This document shows, one piece after another, positions 27,301-35,426 of a stretch of 64,000 nt of DNA. The notes under the pieces are model-generated. The model saw nothing but the letters and a program-made list of their open reading frames with translations. It had not been told where the DNA came from and made no database searches. A program made the position numbers and the translations under genes. Origin of the DNA: a virus (Duplodnaviria; Heunggongvirae; Uroviricota; Caudoviricetes); IMG/VR virus record IMGVR_UViG_3300025778_000009; one strand, 5' to 3'. Positions within the stretch are counted from its first letter, which is position 1. Every line of letters begins with the position of its first letter.

Positions 27301-27361
27301 CGGGAGAGCTGTATGGAAACATCAGCTAAGCTTGAAGGTTCAAATCCTTCTCTCCCGCCCA
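27301..27361 (+). ncRNA. 61-nt mini-tRNA (acceptor + T arm + GNRA hairpin)
   Basis: CGGGAGA/TCTCCCG-C-CCA; GAAGG-TTCAAAT-CCTTC; GCTG-T-ATG-gaaa-CAT-CAGC. Confidence 0.7.
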
Positions 27362-27378
27362 GTTTATGTGAGGTATGT

Positions 27379-27618
27379 ATGGGAATTGAACAATTAGCAT
27401 TTCATTGGCCCAATACAGGCTTTAGTGAAGAAGATTTCACGTTGGATTTCATTTATGATTTGCATATGCTTGTTGCAATAGATGGACCAAATGAATTTGC
27501 AAACATGTTAGTTTTCCATGATCTCGAATTGTATATAAATTTTTGTAATAAATGGGAAGAATATAACGAAACAAAATATTGGTTAACTAAAGAATCAACC
27601 ATATATCAATATGCATAG
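27379..27618 (+). CDS. Hypothetical protein
   Basis: SD GAGG downstream of the mini-tRNA. Confidence 0.45.
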   Translation: MGIEQLAFHWPNTGFSEEDFTLDFIYDLHMLVAIDGPNEFANMLVFHDLELYINFCNKWEEYNETKYWLTKESTIYQYA

Positions 27619-27637
27619 TTACAAAGAAGAAAGTTTA

Positions 27638-27713
27638 GCCGCTTTAGCTCATTTGGTAGAGCAATGAACTAGTAATTCATAGGTGATCTGTTCGAATCAG
27701 ATAAGCGGCACCA
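27638..27713 (+). tRNA. tRNA-Thr(AGT)
   Basis: Perfect cloverleaf; loop CT-AGT-AA. Confidence 0.9.
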
Positions 27714-27720
27714 TTATTAT

Positions 27721-27797
27721 TGCGGGGTAGAGAAGTGGTCATCTCGTCAGTCTCATAAACTGAAGATCGTTGGTTCAAATCCAACCCACCGCATCCA
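27721..27797 (+). tRNA. tRNA-Met(CAT), initiator-like D arm, bulged acceptor
   Basis: GAGA/TCTC D stem; CCA. Confidence 0.8.
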
Positions 27798-27800
27798 ATT

Positions 27801-27877
27801 GGGACGATAGCAAAATTGGCTAATGCAATGGACTGCAAATCCTCAAGGTGTCGGTTCGAGTCCGACTCGTCCCTCCA
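27801..27877 (+). tRNA. tRNA-Cys(GCA)
   Basis: Cloverleaf, U73, CCA. Confidence 0.9.
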
Positions 27878-27897
27878 AATATAGCGTAGCAATTAAG

Positions 27898-28089
27898 ATG
27901 AATAAAATAGCTTCCATTACTGGTGATAAAGAGGTAGATCTTTTAATTCATAAAACTCGTATGTGCTTATGTAACAAGTACTATAATGAAGTTTATAAGT
28001 ACCTTTCTATTTTAGAAACTAAAAATGTTTTCTTTAATGTGGATAGTGATAAAGAATATCAAGAATGGTTAAAGAATAAAGGCCTGTGA
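27898..28089 (+). CDS. Hypothetical protein; stop lies inside tRNA-Asp
   Basis: ORF track; TGA at tRNA positions 7-9. Confidence 0.45.
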   Translation: MNKIASITGDKEVDLLIHKTRMCLCNKYYNEVYKYLSILETKNVFFNVDSDKEYQEWLKNKGL

Positions 28090-28157
28090 GTCGGCATGGT
28101 GAAGACGTCTGCCTGTCACGCAGAAGATGAGGGGATCGTTACCCCTACAGGTCGCCA
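28081..28157 (+). tRNA. tRNA-Asp(GTC), atypical (G8, T loop ATCGTTA)
   Basis: Cloverleaf, G73, CCA. Confidence 0.85.
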
Positions 28158-28196
28158 ATATAAATATGATGTAAAACACTTATAAAAGGATTTAAA

Positions 28197-28529
28197 ATGA
28201 CTGATCCATCACAAATTAATTCTTCTAATTTAGTATCCTCAGTAGAATCAATTGCTAATAATATTTTTTCATCTTTGACTAGTTCTTCTTCAGGGTTTCA
28301 TGCTGATTTTTTAGTTCAAATAAATGAACTTGTTGATTACCTTAATACAGAAGCAGATAAACAACAAGAATTATTAAAGTTGGTAGATAATCTTCATACA
28401 AAAGTATCTTCACTTAAAGATACTCTTAATTTAGTTAATCAGACTCCTGTAGTTCAGGCAGTAGAAACTGAAGTTAAAACTAAAGTTTCTTGGTTTAAGC
28501 ATTTATTTTCAGACTTTAGAAAAAAATAA
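28197..28529 (+). CDS. Hypothetical late coiled-coil protein
   Basis: TATAAATA 28159; SD AAGGA. Confidence 0.55.
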   Translation: MTDPSQINSSNLVSSVESIANNIFSSLTSSSSGFHADFLVQINELVDYLNTEADKQQELLKLVDNLHTKVSSLKDTLNLVNQTPVVQAVETEVKTKVSWFKHLFSDFRKK

Positions 28530-28606
28530 TTAATATTTTAAAGTGTTACGGTAGCACATCAGTTATGTAGAAATTGTCATGCTGATTTACACTATAAGAA
28601 AGAAAC

Positions 28607-28681
28607 GTCGGGATAGTTTAATTGGCAAAATGTCGGTCTCCAAAACCGAAGTTCCCAGATCGTGGCTGGGTCCCGGTGCCA
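28607..28681 (+). tRNA. tRNA-Trp(CCA), T loop ATCGTGG
   Basis: Cloverleaf, G73, CCA. Confidence 0.85.
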
Positions 28682-28749
28682 TATACAGTTGATTTATTAT
28701 CACTAGTATCATATATTATCTTTACATACTTTATTAAATGGAGAAGTAT

Positions 28750-29412
28750 ATGACTGGTAAGGTGGCTATCTTTGTAGATCATCCTAGATGCTCAGTGCAA
28801 GGTGTCAATAATATTATTGAAATACTAGGTCAATATCATCCGTTTAATAACTTTAAAATTTTTACCAAACATGAAGTTGAAGATACGTTTTTTGATAACG
28901 TAAACTTAATAATAATTCCTGGTGGTTTTGGTGATGCAGATACTTTTAAAAAAGTTATGAAGCATCATATTAAGCCAATCAGAGATCATGTATTAAATAA
29001 CGGTGTTCATTATCTTGGTATTTGTATGGGTGCTTATTGGGCTGGTAAGCATTATTTTAATATTTTAAAAGATAAAGACTGCGTTCAATACTTAAGTAGA
29101 CCAAATGCAGATACACGTAGACCTCATGCAAAAAATCTTGAAGTTACGTGGAACGGAAATAAAGAGAGGATGTTCTGGTACGATGGATGCTCTATTGTGG
29201 GTGCCGGCCGGTTTGATACTGTTGCTACTTATAGCAATGGCGATGTTATGGCAGGCTATCAAGGAAGGATCGGTTTGATAGGATCTCATCCTGAAGCAGA
29301 TAAGATTTGGTATGACCAATATTCTTGGATGAAAAAAACTTGGAATGCAGATAATAATTTACGTAATAAAAAATTATTTGTAGATTTTGCAACCAAATTA
29401 ATGAAAAGATAA
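28750..29412 (+). CDS. BPL-N / class I glutamine amidotransferase-like protein
   Basis: IIPGG, YLGICMGAY, HPE. Confidence 0.75.
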   Translation: MTGKVAIFVDHPRCSVQGVNNIIEILGQYHPFNNFKIFTKHEVEDTFFDNVNLIIIPGGFGDADTFKKVMKHHIKPIRDHVLNNGVHYLGICMGAYWAGKHYFNILKDKDCVQYLSRPNADTRRPHAKNLEVTWNGNKERMFWYDGCSIVGAGRFDTVATYSNGDVMAGYQGRIGLIGSHPEADKIWYDQYSWMKKTWNADNNLRNKKLFVDFATKLMKR

Positions 29413-29488
<76 letters not shown>

Positions 29489-29502
29489 TTTAGGAAAATA
29501 CA

Positions 29503-29733
29503 ATGAGCAATGCTAATCTGTTTTGGACAGTTGAAGAAATAATTGAAAAATGGAATTGTATCTCTGTTATCAATGCACTTGTAATAACTGGTATTGCTAA
29601 AACAAAATCAGAAGCTCGTCGTATGATTGAACAAGGTTCAATTAAAGTTAATGACATTAAAGTAATAAGTCATAATTCGTTTATTATGATTGACCCTGTT
29701 ACTAATTATCACTGTTTATTACAAGACTATTAA
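29503..29733 (+). CDS. Stand-alone S4 RNA-binding domain (TyrRS C-terminus-like)
   Basis: LVITGIAKTKSEARRMIEQGSIKVND. Confidence 0.75.
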   Translation: MSNANLFWTVEEIIEKWNCISVINALVITGIAKTKSEARRMIEQGSIKVNDIKVISHNSFIMIDPVTNYHCLLQDY

Positions 29734-29734
29734 C

Positions 29735-29811
29735 GGATCCTTAGCTCAACTGAATAGAGCACATCGCTACGAACGAGAAGGTTGGGGGTTTGAGTCCCTC
29801 AGGATCCTCCA
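29735..29811 (+). tRNA. tRNA-Arg(ACG)
   Basis: Cloverleaf, A20, CCA; A19/U56. Confidence 0.9.
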
Positions 29812-29971
29812 TTTTTTAGGAATAAATAATGAAAATATCCACATACAAACTCTTTAAAAGATTAGACAGAATATTTGATTTTGTAATTAAGATTCTTTGG
29901 TTTGTTCTTTTATGTAAGTGGCTTGGTGGTGTGGATATTATTAGTTTGTTAAAGTAACAAATATATTTTAA

Positions 29972-30046
29972 GACCCTATGGCAGATTGGTTATGCAGGCG
30001 CCTCTAAAACGCTGTGAAGCAGGTTCAATTCCTGTTAGGGTCACCA
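29972..30046 (+). tRNA. Amber suppressor tRNA (anticodon CTA)
   Basis: GACCCTA/TAGGGTC-A-CCA; loop CT-CTA-AA; C31-A39 mismatch. Confidence 0.8.
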
Positions 30047-30065
30047 TTTATTATGAGAATGTGAA

Positions 30066-30920
30066 ATGAAAAATTGGTTAAAATTAACATGGCATTTGTT
30101 TAAAACATGGATCATAGTTAAAATTTGGGCTTTTAATAACCCTAAGCTTAAAAAACAATATTTTGAAGAACAGTGGCAAAAGAGAGCCATGAAGTTACGG
30201 GTTGATTGCATTACTAAACAACAGGCATATATTGATAAACAAAAAAATCCAGATAAATACTTTGATAATGGTAGTTGGTTTATTGGTGTTATTCCTCACG
30301 ATTGGCTTGATAGGATTAACATTGTGATTGAAAGACAAAACAAAAAGGAAGACAAGCAATGAAGAATTTCATCGCCTAGACTTACAGACCCCCCTAAATT
30401 ATTCCGTTGATTTTAATTGAATACTATCTTAAATTAACAATAACGGAGTAATAAAATGTCTATAGAATTAAAAATTAAATCAAAACATCTTGCACTAGAA
30501 CCTGTTATCATTCGTAAAGAAGAACATAAACTTCTTAAGCAGATTAAACATTACAGACAGTATCATCAAATTGGTTCTGCGAGTTTATTTGATTGTTATA
30601 AAGATCATCCTAATCTTTATAAGTTGTATGGTAAGCATGCCAATCTTAGCAACCATCGCAAGCAAGATGTTCGTAATGAAGCAAGAGCAACTTTCCTGGC
30701 AAGAGCATATATTAAAGGTATGCCTTATAAGGTAGTTGAGAGTAAGACTAGTGATGACGGGTTGTGTAACGCTGTCTCATCTAGTCTTGTACGAATGGTA
30801 ATGAAGTATGGTACAGTAAGATACAATTCGGATATGGATAGATCTGTGGTACCTTTTAAGACAATAAAGACTGCTGAAGCCAAAGCATGGGAAGACATTA
30901 AAAAGTGGCTTGAGCAGTAA
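30066..30920 (+). other. Two hypothetical ORFs (30066-30362, 30456-30920)
   Basis: ORF track; second has SD GGAG. Confidence 0.6.
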
Positions 30921-30929
30921 AAAGAATAT

Positions 30930-31004
30930 GGGCGGTTAGCTCAGCGGAAGAGCAGTGGTTTTACACGCCGAAGGTCGTAGGTTCGATCCCTACACCGCCC
31001 ACCA
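30930..31004 (+). tRNA. tRNA-Val(TAC)
   Basis: Cloverleaf, CCA. Confidence 0.9.
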
Positions 31005-31009
31005 TACTT

Positions 31010-31159
31010 TAGGATAGATGCAGCAAAAATTTATAAAACCGAGGCCTCGTGCCTCTCCGCACAGACTAACTTATGTTAGTCCTCGTTATGGAGTACATAA
31101 CTAGTGCAGTTTGACTGAGTCTGCACGATCAAATAACAAAAACATATCAAGCTATCCTG
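31010..31159 (+). ncRNA. Y-RNA-like cassette 1 (four internal hairpins)
   Basis: TAGGATAG/CTATCCTG stem + ATG + CAGCA. Confidence 0.75.
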
Positions 31160-31169
31160 ATAAAAATTT

Positions 31170-31284
31170 TAGAGTGATTTCAGCAAAAAAAATTGGCATA
31201 TAAAGCCTAAGATTGGTTCGACTCCAATATTCGTCACGTTTCAGACGAGTCCGCCTCGTGGTGAGGCAAACAAAATTCACTCTG
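31170..31284 (+). ncRNA. Y-RNA-like cassette 2 with permuted tRNA domain
   Basis: TAGAGTGA/TCACTCTG + TTT + CAGCA; T arm, loop-closed acceptor, D-like arm. Confidence 0.8.
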
Positions 31285-31291
31285 TTGATTT

Positions 31292-31404
31292 TAGGTTGTT
31301 TACAGCATATTTTTGCGCTTGTAGTGCCGGGTCGTGGGTTCGAATCCCACCGGGAGCTCCTTGCTTCTGTAGCTCAGTGGGTAGAGCACGTAAAAGACAA
31401 CCTG
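31292..31404 (+). ncRNA. Y-RNA-like cassette 3 (YrlA-like permuted tRNA domain)
   Basis: TAGGTTGT/ACAACCTG + TTA + CAGCA; GTGGG-TTCGAAT-CCCAC, CGGGAGC-tcctt-GCTTCTG, TA-GCTC-AGTGGGTA-GAGC. Confidence 0.85.
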
Positions 31405-31504
31405 TTGATTTTATTGAGAAAAAACTAACCTATTGAAATATAACGATTTTTTTATAGAAAAAACTCAATGATTTCAAGGTCATATTTCTGTTGACTTTAT
31501 ATCC

Positions 31505-31896
31505 ATTCTATCCTATTATAATAATATAAGGAATCGATGAACACTATTATTGTATTACGAGAGGTTAGCTATGAAGCTTTATAGGATCCGTTCTGGAAAC
31601 CGTTGGTATGTTGGACAACGAGTCTCTGAAACCTTTGGCAAGGATGAAGATGCTGGCGCCATTTTCAGGAATCGTGAAAAAGCAGAGCGTGAGATCCGTT
31701 CTCATTCCAAGAACTCTAACGGATACGATTTCACCGATCCTAAGATGGCATGGCGCAAGAAGGAACATGATCGCTGGACTAACGCTGTCGTGGTTGAATA
31801 TGATCTTGTGAGGATTGTTAACTAGATCGTTACAAAATTTCGGTTGGCAGAATCCAAAATGGTGCTATTCTATCCTATTATAATAATATAAGGAAT
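31505..31896 (+). repeat. 30-nt direct repeat (31505-31534, 31867-31896) in tandem early promoters
   Basis: ATTCTATCCTATTATAATAATATAAGGAAT occurs twice. Confidence 0.8.
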
Positions 31897-32584
31897 GGAG
31901 ATAAAGATATGTCCGACGCCGATATAATCAACGCGAGAATCAAGCTTTTCAAAAAAAGAGTCTCTCAGCTCTGGGCAAAGCATATACTACACCAACGTTC
32001 TACCGCACTTGGCAAACCCAGTCAGTTTGTGCTCTCACAGAAGCGGAGATTGATGAGGTCAAGGCTTATAGGGATGAGATCCCTGCCCTAGAGCAACTTC
32101 TCGCGAAGAAGGATTAATGATATGAAGCCGTTGATATTTATTGGTGTAGTTGTTGTTGGTGTTGTGAGTCTCGCCGTTGCAGCTGGTATATATGATCAGA
32201 ATCAATGGAATGATTTTTCCGCAGCTCACGATTGCAAGTTGGTTGGTCATAAGAACTCAACTGTTGGCTATGGTTTGACACCGTCTGGCAAAATGGGCAC
32301 GGTAATCCTTCCTGAAGAAAATTCTTACCTTTGCGATGATGGTGTAACATATACTCGTTAATTATATAGGAAATGGAGATAGGGATATGAAAAAGCAATA
32401 TCGCATCTTTGTTATGGAATCAGAACGGGGATGGGGTCAGAGATATGAACAGTGGGATTACGATACGTATGAAGAAGCAAAAGCAGCCATTCATCGAATC
32501 AATTCTGATAATACTGCACCAACTGCTCCTGATTGGTACATGCAAGCAGAAGATCGTGTTGAGGTAGTCGAAGTTAAAGTATAA
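31550..32584 (+). other. Block of small early ORFs (31550-31825, 31909-32091, 32122-32361, 32387-32584) splitting the RNA array
   Basis: ORF track; promoters and SD sites. Confidence 0.6.
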
Positions 32585-32591
32585 AAAGTTT

Positions 32592-32648
32592 TAGGGTCAG
32601 TTCAGCAACCAATTTTGCACGCCTGAATAGCAAAAAAAGTTGACCCTG
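32592..32648 (+). ncRNA. Y-RNA-like cassette 4
   Basis: TAGGGTCA/TGACCCTG + GTT + CAGCA. Confidence 0.75.
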
Positions 32649-32655
32649 TTGATTT

Positions 32656-32718
32656 TAGGATCTCTACAGCATAATCGCCGTAAGGCACTTTTTTTTGGAG
32701 AAAGCAGAGTAGATCCTG
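32656..32718 (+). ncRNA. Y-RNA-like cassette 5
   Basis: TAGGATCT/AGATCCTG + CTA + CAGCA. Confidence 0.75.
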
Positions 32719-32725
32719 TTGATTT

Positions 32726-32785
32726 TAGATTCAGTTCCGCAACAAAAACAAATTTTGTATCGAAAACAAAACCAAGTTGAATCTG
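32726..32785 (+). ncRNA. Y-RNA-like cassette 6
   Basis: TAGATTCA/TGAATCTG + GTT + CCGCA. Confidence 0.75.
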
Positions 32786-32806
32786 TAGTAAAAATGGAGA
32801 AGTGAA

Positions 32807-34240
32807 ATGACTACATTTGCAAACGCCGTTAAGAATCAGTCTGCACGTACTGAGAACGGTATGATGGCTCGTGCATCTACTGCTAACGCTCTTACTGATC
32901 TTTTCTTTAAGATTGGTGCAATGCGTGGCAAGAACGTAATTCCAGATTGGACTGCTGCTCGTGTTCAAGATGCTAATATCGCTGGTCGTATTGCATTGTG
33001 GGCTCGTGACGTTCGCGGTGGTGCTGGTGAGCGTAAGATCTTCCGTGACATCCTTTTGGATCTTGTTAATACAGATCAAGATCGTACACGTGCAATGATG
33101 AACAAGGTACCTGAGCTTGGTCGTTGGGATGACTTGCTCGTTTTTGTAGGTACTGATCTTCAAAACGAAGCGTTTGAAATGATCCGTCAAGCTCTTAATG
33201 AAGGCAATGGTCTCTGTGCTAAGTGGATGCCTCGTCAAGGTGAAGTAGCTGCAAAGCTTCGTACTCACTTTGGTTGGTCTCCTAAGTATTACCGTAAGCG
33301 TTTGGTTGAATTGACTAAGGTCGTTGAGACTCAGATGTGTGCAAAGGACTGGGATAACATTAACTTCAATCACGTTCCTTCTGTTGCTTCTGCTCGTTAC
33401 AAGAAGGCTTTCTCACGTCACACTGAGAAGTATAAGGAATGGGTTATGAAGCTTGTTTCTGATAAGCCAGAAGAACGTGCAGAGGTTAAGGTCAACGCTG
33501 GTGCAGTATATCCATACGATGTATTGAAGGGTGTGATCGGTTCTTATGGCGTAGCTTACGACAAGTCTAACTTGGGTCATATTGTTGCACAATGGGAAGC
33601 GCTTCCTAACTATGTTGGTGATGCAAACATTCTTCCTCTTGTTGACGTATCTGGTTCAATGTCTTGTAAGGCTGGTGGTATTAACTCTAAGTCTCAGACT
33701 ACTTGTATGGAAGTTGCTGTATCTCTTGGTCTCTACCTTGCAGATAAGAACAAGGGTAAGTTCAAGGACACTTTCCTGACTTTCTCTGGTCGACCACAAT
33801 TGCTTAACTTGCAGGGTAATATCCTTGATAAGATCAAGCAAATGGTCTCTTCTGATTGGCAAATGAATACTGACTTGGTTGCAGCCGTTCAAAAGATCTT
33901 GAATGTTGCAGTTGAGAACAATGTTCCTCAAGAAGAAATGCCAGCAGTATTGTTAATCTTGTCTGACATGCAATTTGACCGTTGTGCACAGTTTGATGAC
34001 TCTGCTATGCAAATGATTGCACGTAAGTATTCAGAATTTGGTTATACAATGCCTAACATTGTGTTCTGGAATCTGAATGCTGCAGACAATGTGCCTGCTA
34101 AGTTCAATGAACAAGGTGTGGCTCTTGTGTCTGGCTTCTCACCAGCGATTGTCAAAGGTGTTCTCGCCGCTGATCTTGATAACTTTACACCAGAAGCTAT
34201 CATGCTGAAGACAATCATGGCCGAGCGCTACGATTACTAA
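32807..34240 (+). CDS. DUF2828-type Ro60/TROVE-like protein with C-terminal vWA domain
   Basis: RTENG, ARDVRGGAGER, GRWDDL, AKWMPR, VPSVA, MIDAS DVSGS, ILSDMQFD, VFWNL, VSGFSP. Confidence 0.85.
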   Translation: MTTFANAVKNQSARTENGMMARASTANALTDLFFKIGAMRGKNVIPDWTAARVQDANIAGRIALWARDVRGGAGERKIFRDILLDLVNTDQDRTRAMMNKVPELGRWDDLLVFVGTDLQNEAFEMIRQALNEGNGLCAKWMPRQGEVAAKLRTHFGWSPKYYRKRLVELTKVVETQMCAKDWDNINFNHVPSVASARYKKAFSRHTEKYKEWVMKLVSDKPEERAEVKVNAGAVYPYDVLKGVIGSYGVAYDKSNLGHIVAQWEALPNYVGDANILPLVDVSGSMSCKAGGINSKSQTTCMEVAVSLGLYLADKNKGKFKDTFLTFSGRPQLLNLQGNILDKIKQMVSSDWQMNTDLVAAVQKILNVAVENNVPQEEMPAVLLILSDMQFDRCAQFDDSAMQMIARKYSEFGYTMPNIVFWNLNAADNVPAKFNEQGVALVSGFSPAIVKGVLAADLDNFTPEAIMLKTIMAERYDY

Positions 34241-34243
34241 TAA

Positions 34244-34267
34244 ATAGAGGGGAAGCATTCCCCTCTA
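34244..34267 (+). terminator. Hairpin after the TROVE-like gene
   Basis: TAGAGGGGA-agca-TTCCCCTCTA. Confidence 0.55.
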
Positions 34268-34306
34268 ATACTTTAAATCCATAAAAAAATAATGAAAGAA
34301 ATATAA

Positions 34307-34729
34307 GTGACTAAAACAATTGGATTTACCTGTTCTACATTTGATTTGTTTCATGCAGGCCATGTAGCTATGCTTGAAGAAGCAAAACAACAATGCGATT
34401 GGTTAATTGTAGGTCTTCAAGCAGATCCTTCTGTTGATAGACCTGAAAAAAATAAACCCATCCAAAGTTTAACAGAACGACAGATACAAGTCAGAGCTTG
34501 CAAATATGTTGATGAAATTATTGTTTATTCAACAGAATTGGAACTTTTAGAAATTCTTTGCATGCTTCCAATAGATGTCCGTATATTAGGTTCAGAATAT
34601 GAAAATAAAAATTTTACTGGACATCATCTTAAACATATGAGATATTACTTTAATAAAAGAGATCATGGTTTTAGTACATCCGAATTAAGAAAAAGGATTG
34701 CTAATGCTGAAAATGCCAAGCGGGTATGA
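34307..34729 (+). CDS. Glycerol-3-phosphate cytidylyltransferase-like (TagD family)
   Basis: FDLFHAGH, RDHGFSTSELR; stop inside tRNA-Gly. Confidence 0.85.
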   Translation: MTKTIGFTCSTFDLFHAGHVAMLEEAKQQCDWLIVGLQADPSVDRPEKNKPIQSLTERQIQVRACKYVDEIIVYSTELELLEILCMLPIDVRILGSEYENKNFTGHHLKHMRYYFNKRDHGFSTSELRKRIANAENAKRV

Positions 34730-34793
34730 TGTAGAGGTAACCTGTCACCTTGCCAAGGTGAACTCGCCAGTTCGATTCTGGCTACCCGCTCCA
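34720..34793 (+). tRNA. tRNA-Gly(GCC)
   Basis: Cloverleaf, U73, CCA. Confidence 0.9.
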
Positions 34794-34810
34794 ATTTTTT
34801 ATGGTGACTT

Positions 34811-35416
34811 ATGGAAGACACTGAAAGCCTAGCTTGGAAGAATACAGAGATTGAAGATCTCTGGATCTTTGATAAATTAATTCTTTCAAAAAAACTAGGA
34901 TATATTTGTGGACCAGTTGGCGTCGATGTTCCAGTTCCTGGAAATTATATTGTCCGACCATGCGTTAATATACCTGGAATGGGTAGAGGCGCAGAAGTAA
35001 AATTTATAGAAAAAGATACTTATAATATGACACCTGGTCATTTCTGGTGTGAATTATTTAATGGTAGACACATCAGTGTTGACTATAAAAATGGCAATCA
35101 AGCACTTGCAGTTGAAGGCTTAAGATATAAAGACAAGAATGAGCTTTGGCGTTTTAGTATGTGGAAGAAATTGGATGAAAATATTCCACTACCTTCTATC
35201 TTTTATAGCTTGACTAAAAAATATGAATACGTTAATATAGAATTTATAGATGGAAATCCAATAGAGGTTCATCTAAGGAATAATCCAGACTTTGAGTATA
35301 ACAACACAATAGCAATTCCTGTATGGAATGATCAAAAAGATCCTGAATTGGACGTTACTGGATTGAGATATGTTATGGATCCTTGCTACCATAGAAAAGG
35401 ATTCTGGATAGACTGA
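34811..35416 (+). CDS. ATP-grasp-like phage protein
   Basis: YIVRP..N..GMGRGA, G.HISVD, NIEFI..IEVHLR. Confidence 0.55.
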   Translation: MEDTESLAWKNTEIEDLWIFDKLILSKKLGYICGPVGVDVPVPGNYIVRPCVNIPGMGRGAEVKFIEKDTYNMTPGHFWCELFNGRHISVDYKNGNQALAVEGLRYKDKNELWRFSMWKKLDENIPLPSIFYSLTKKYEYVNIEFIDGNPIEVHLRNNPDFEYNNTIAIPVWNDQKDPELDVTGLRYVMDPCYHRKGFWID

Positions 35417-35426
35417 GGAGGTCAAA

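Noticed and set aside
28543-28592. tRNA upstream of tRNA-Trp
   Set aside because: Only a D-arm-like hairpin (GTGT-TACGGTA-GCAC) is visible, with no T arm or acceptor.
31010-32785. CRISPR array
   Set aside because: Conserved parts are short and covary as a stem, unit lengths range from 57 to 150 nt, and there are no cas genes in the window.
32597-33373. 258-aa minus-strand ORF and similar antisense ORFs
   Set aside because: These are shadows of strongly codon-biased + strand genes with no recognisable motifs.
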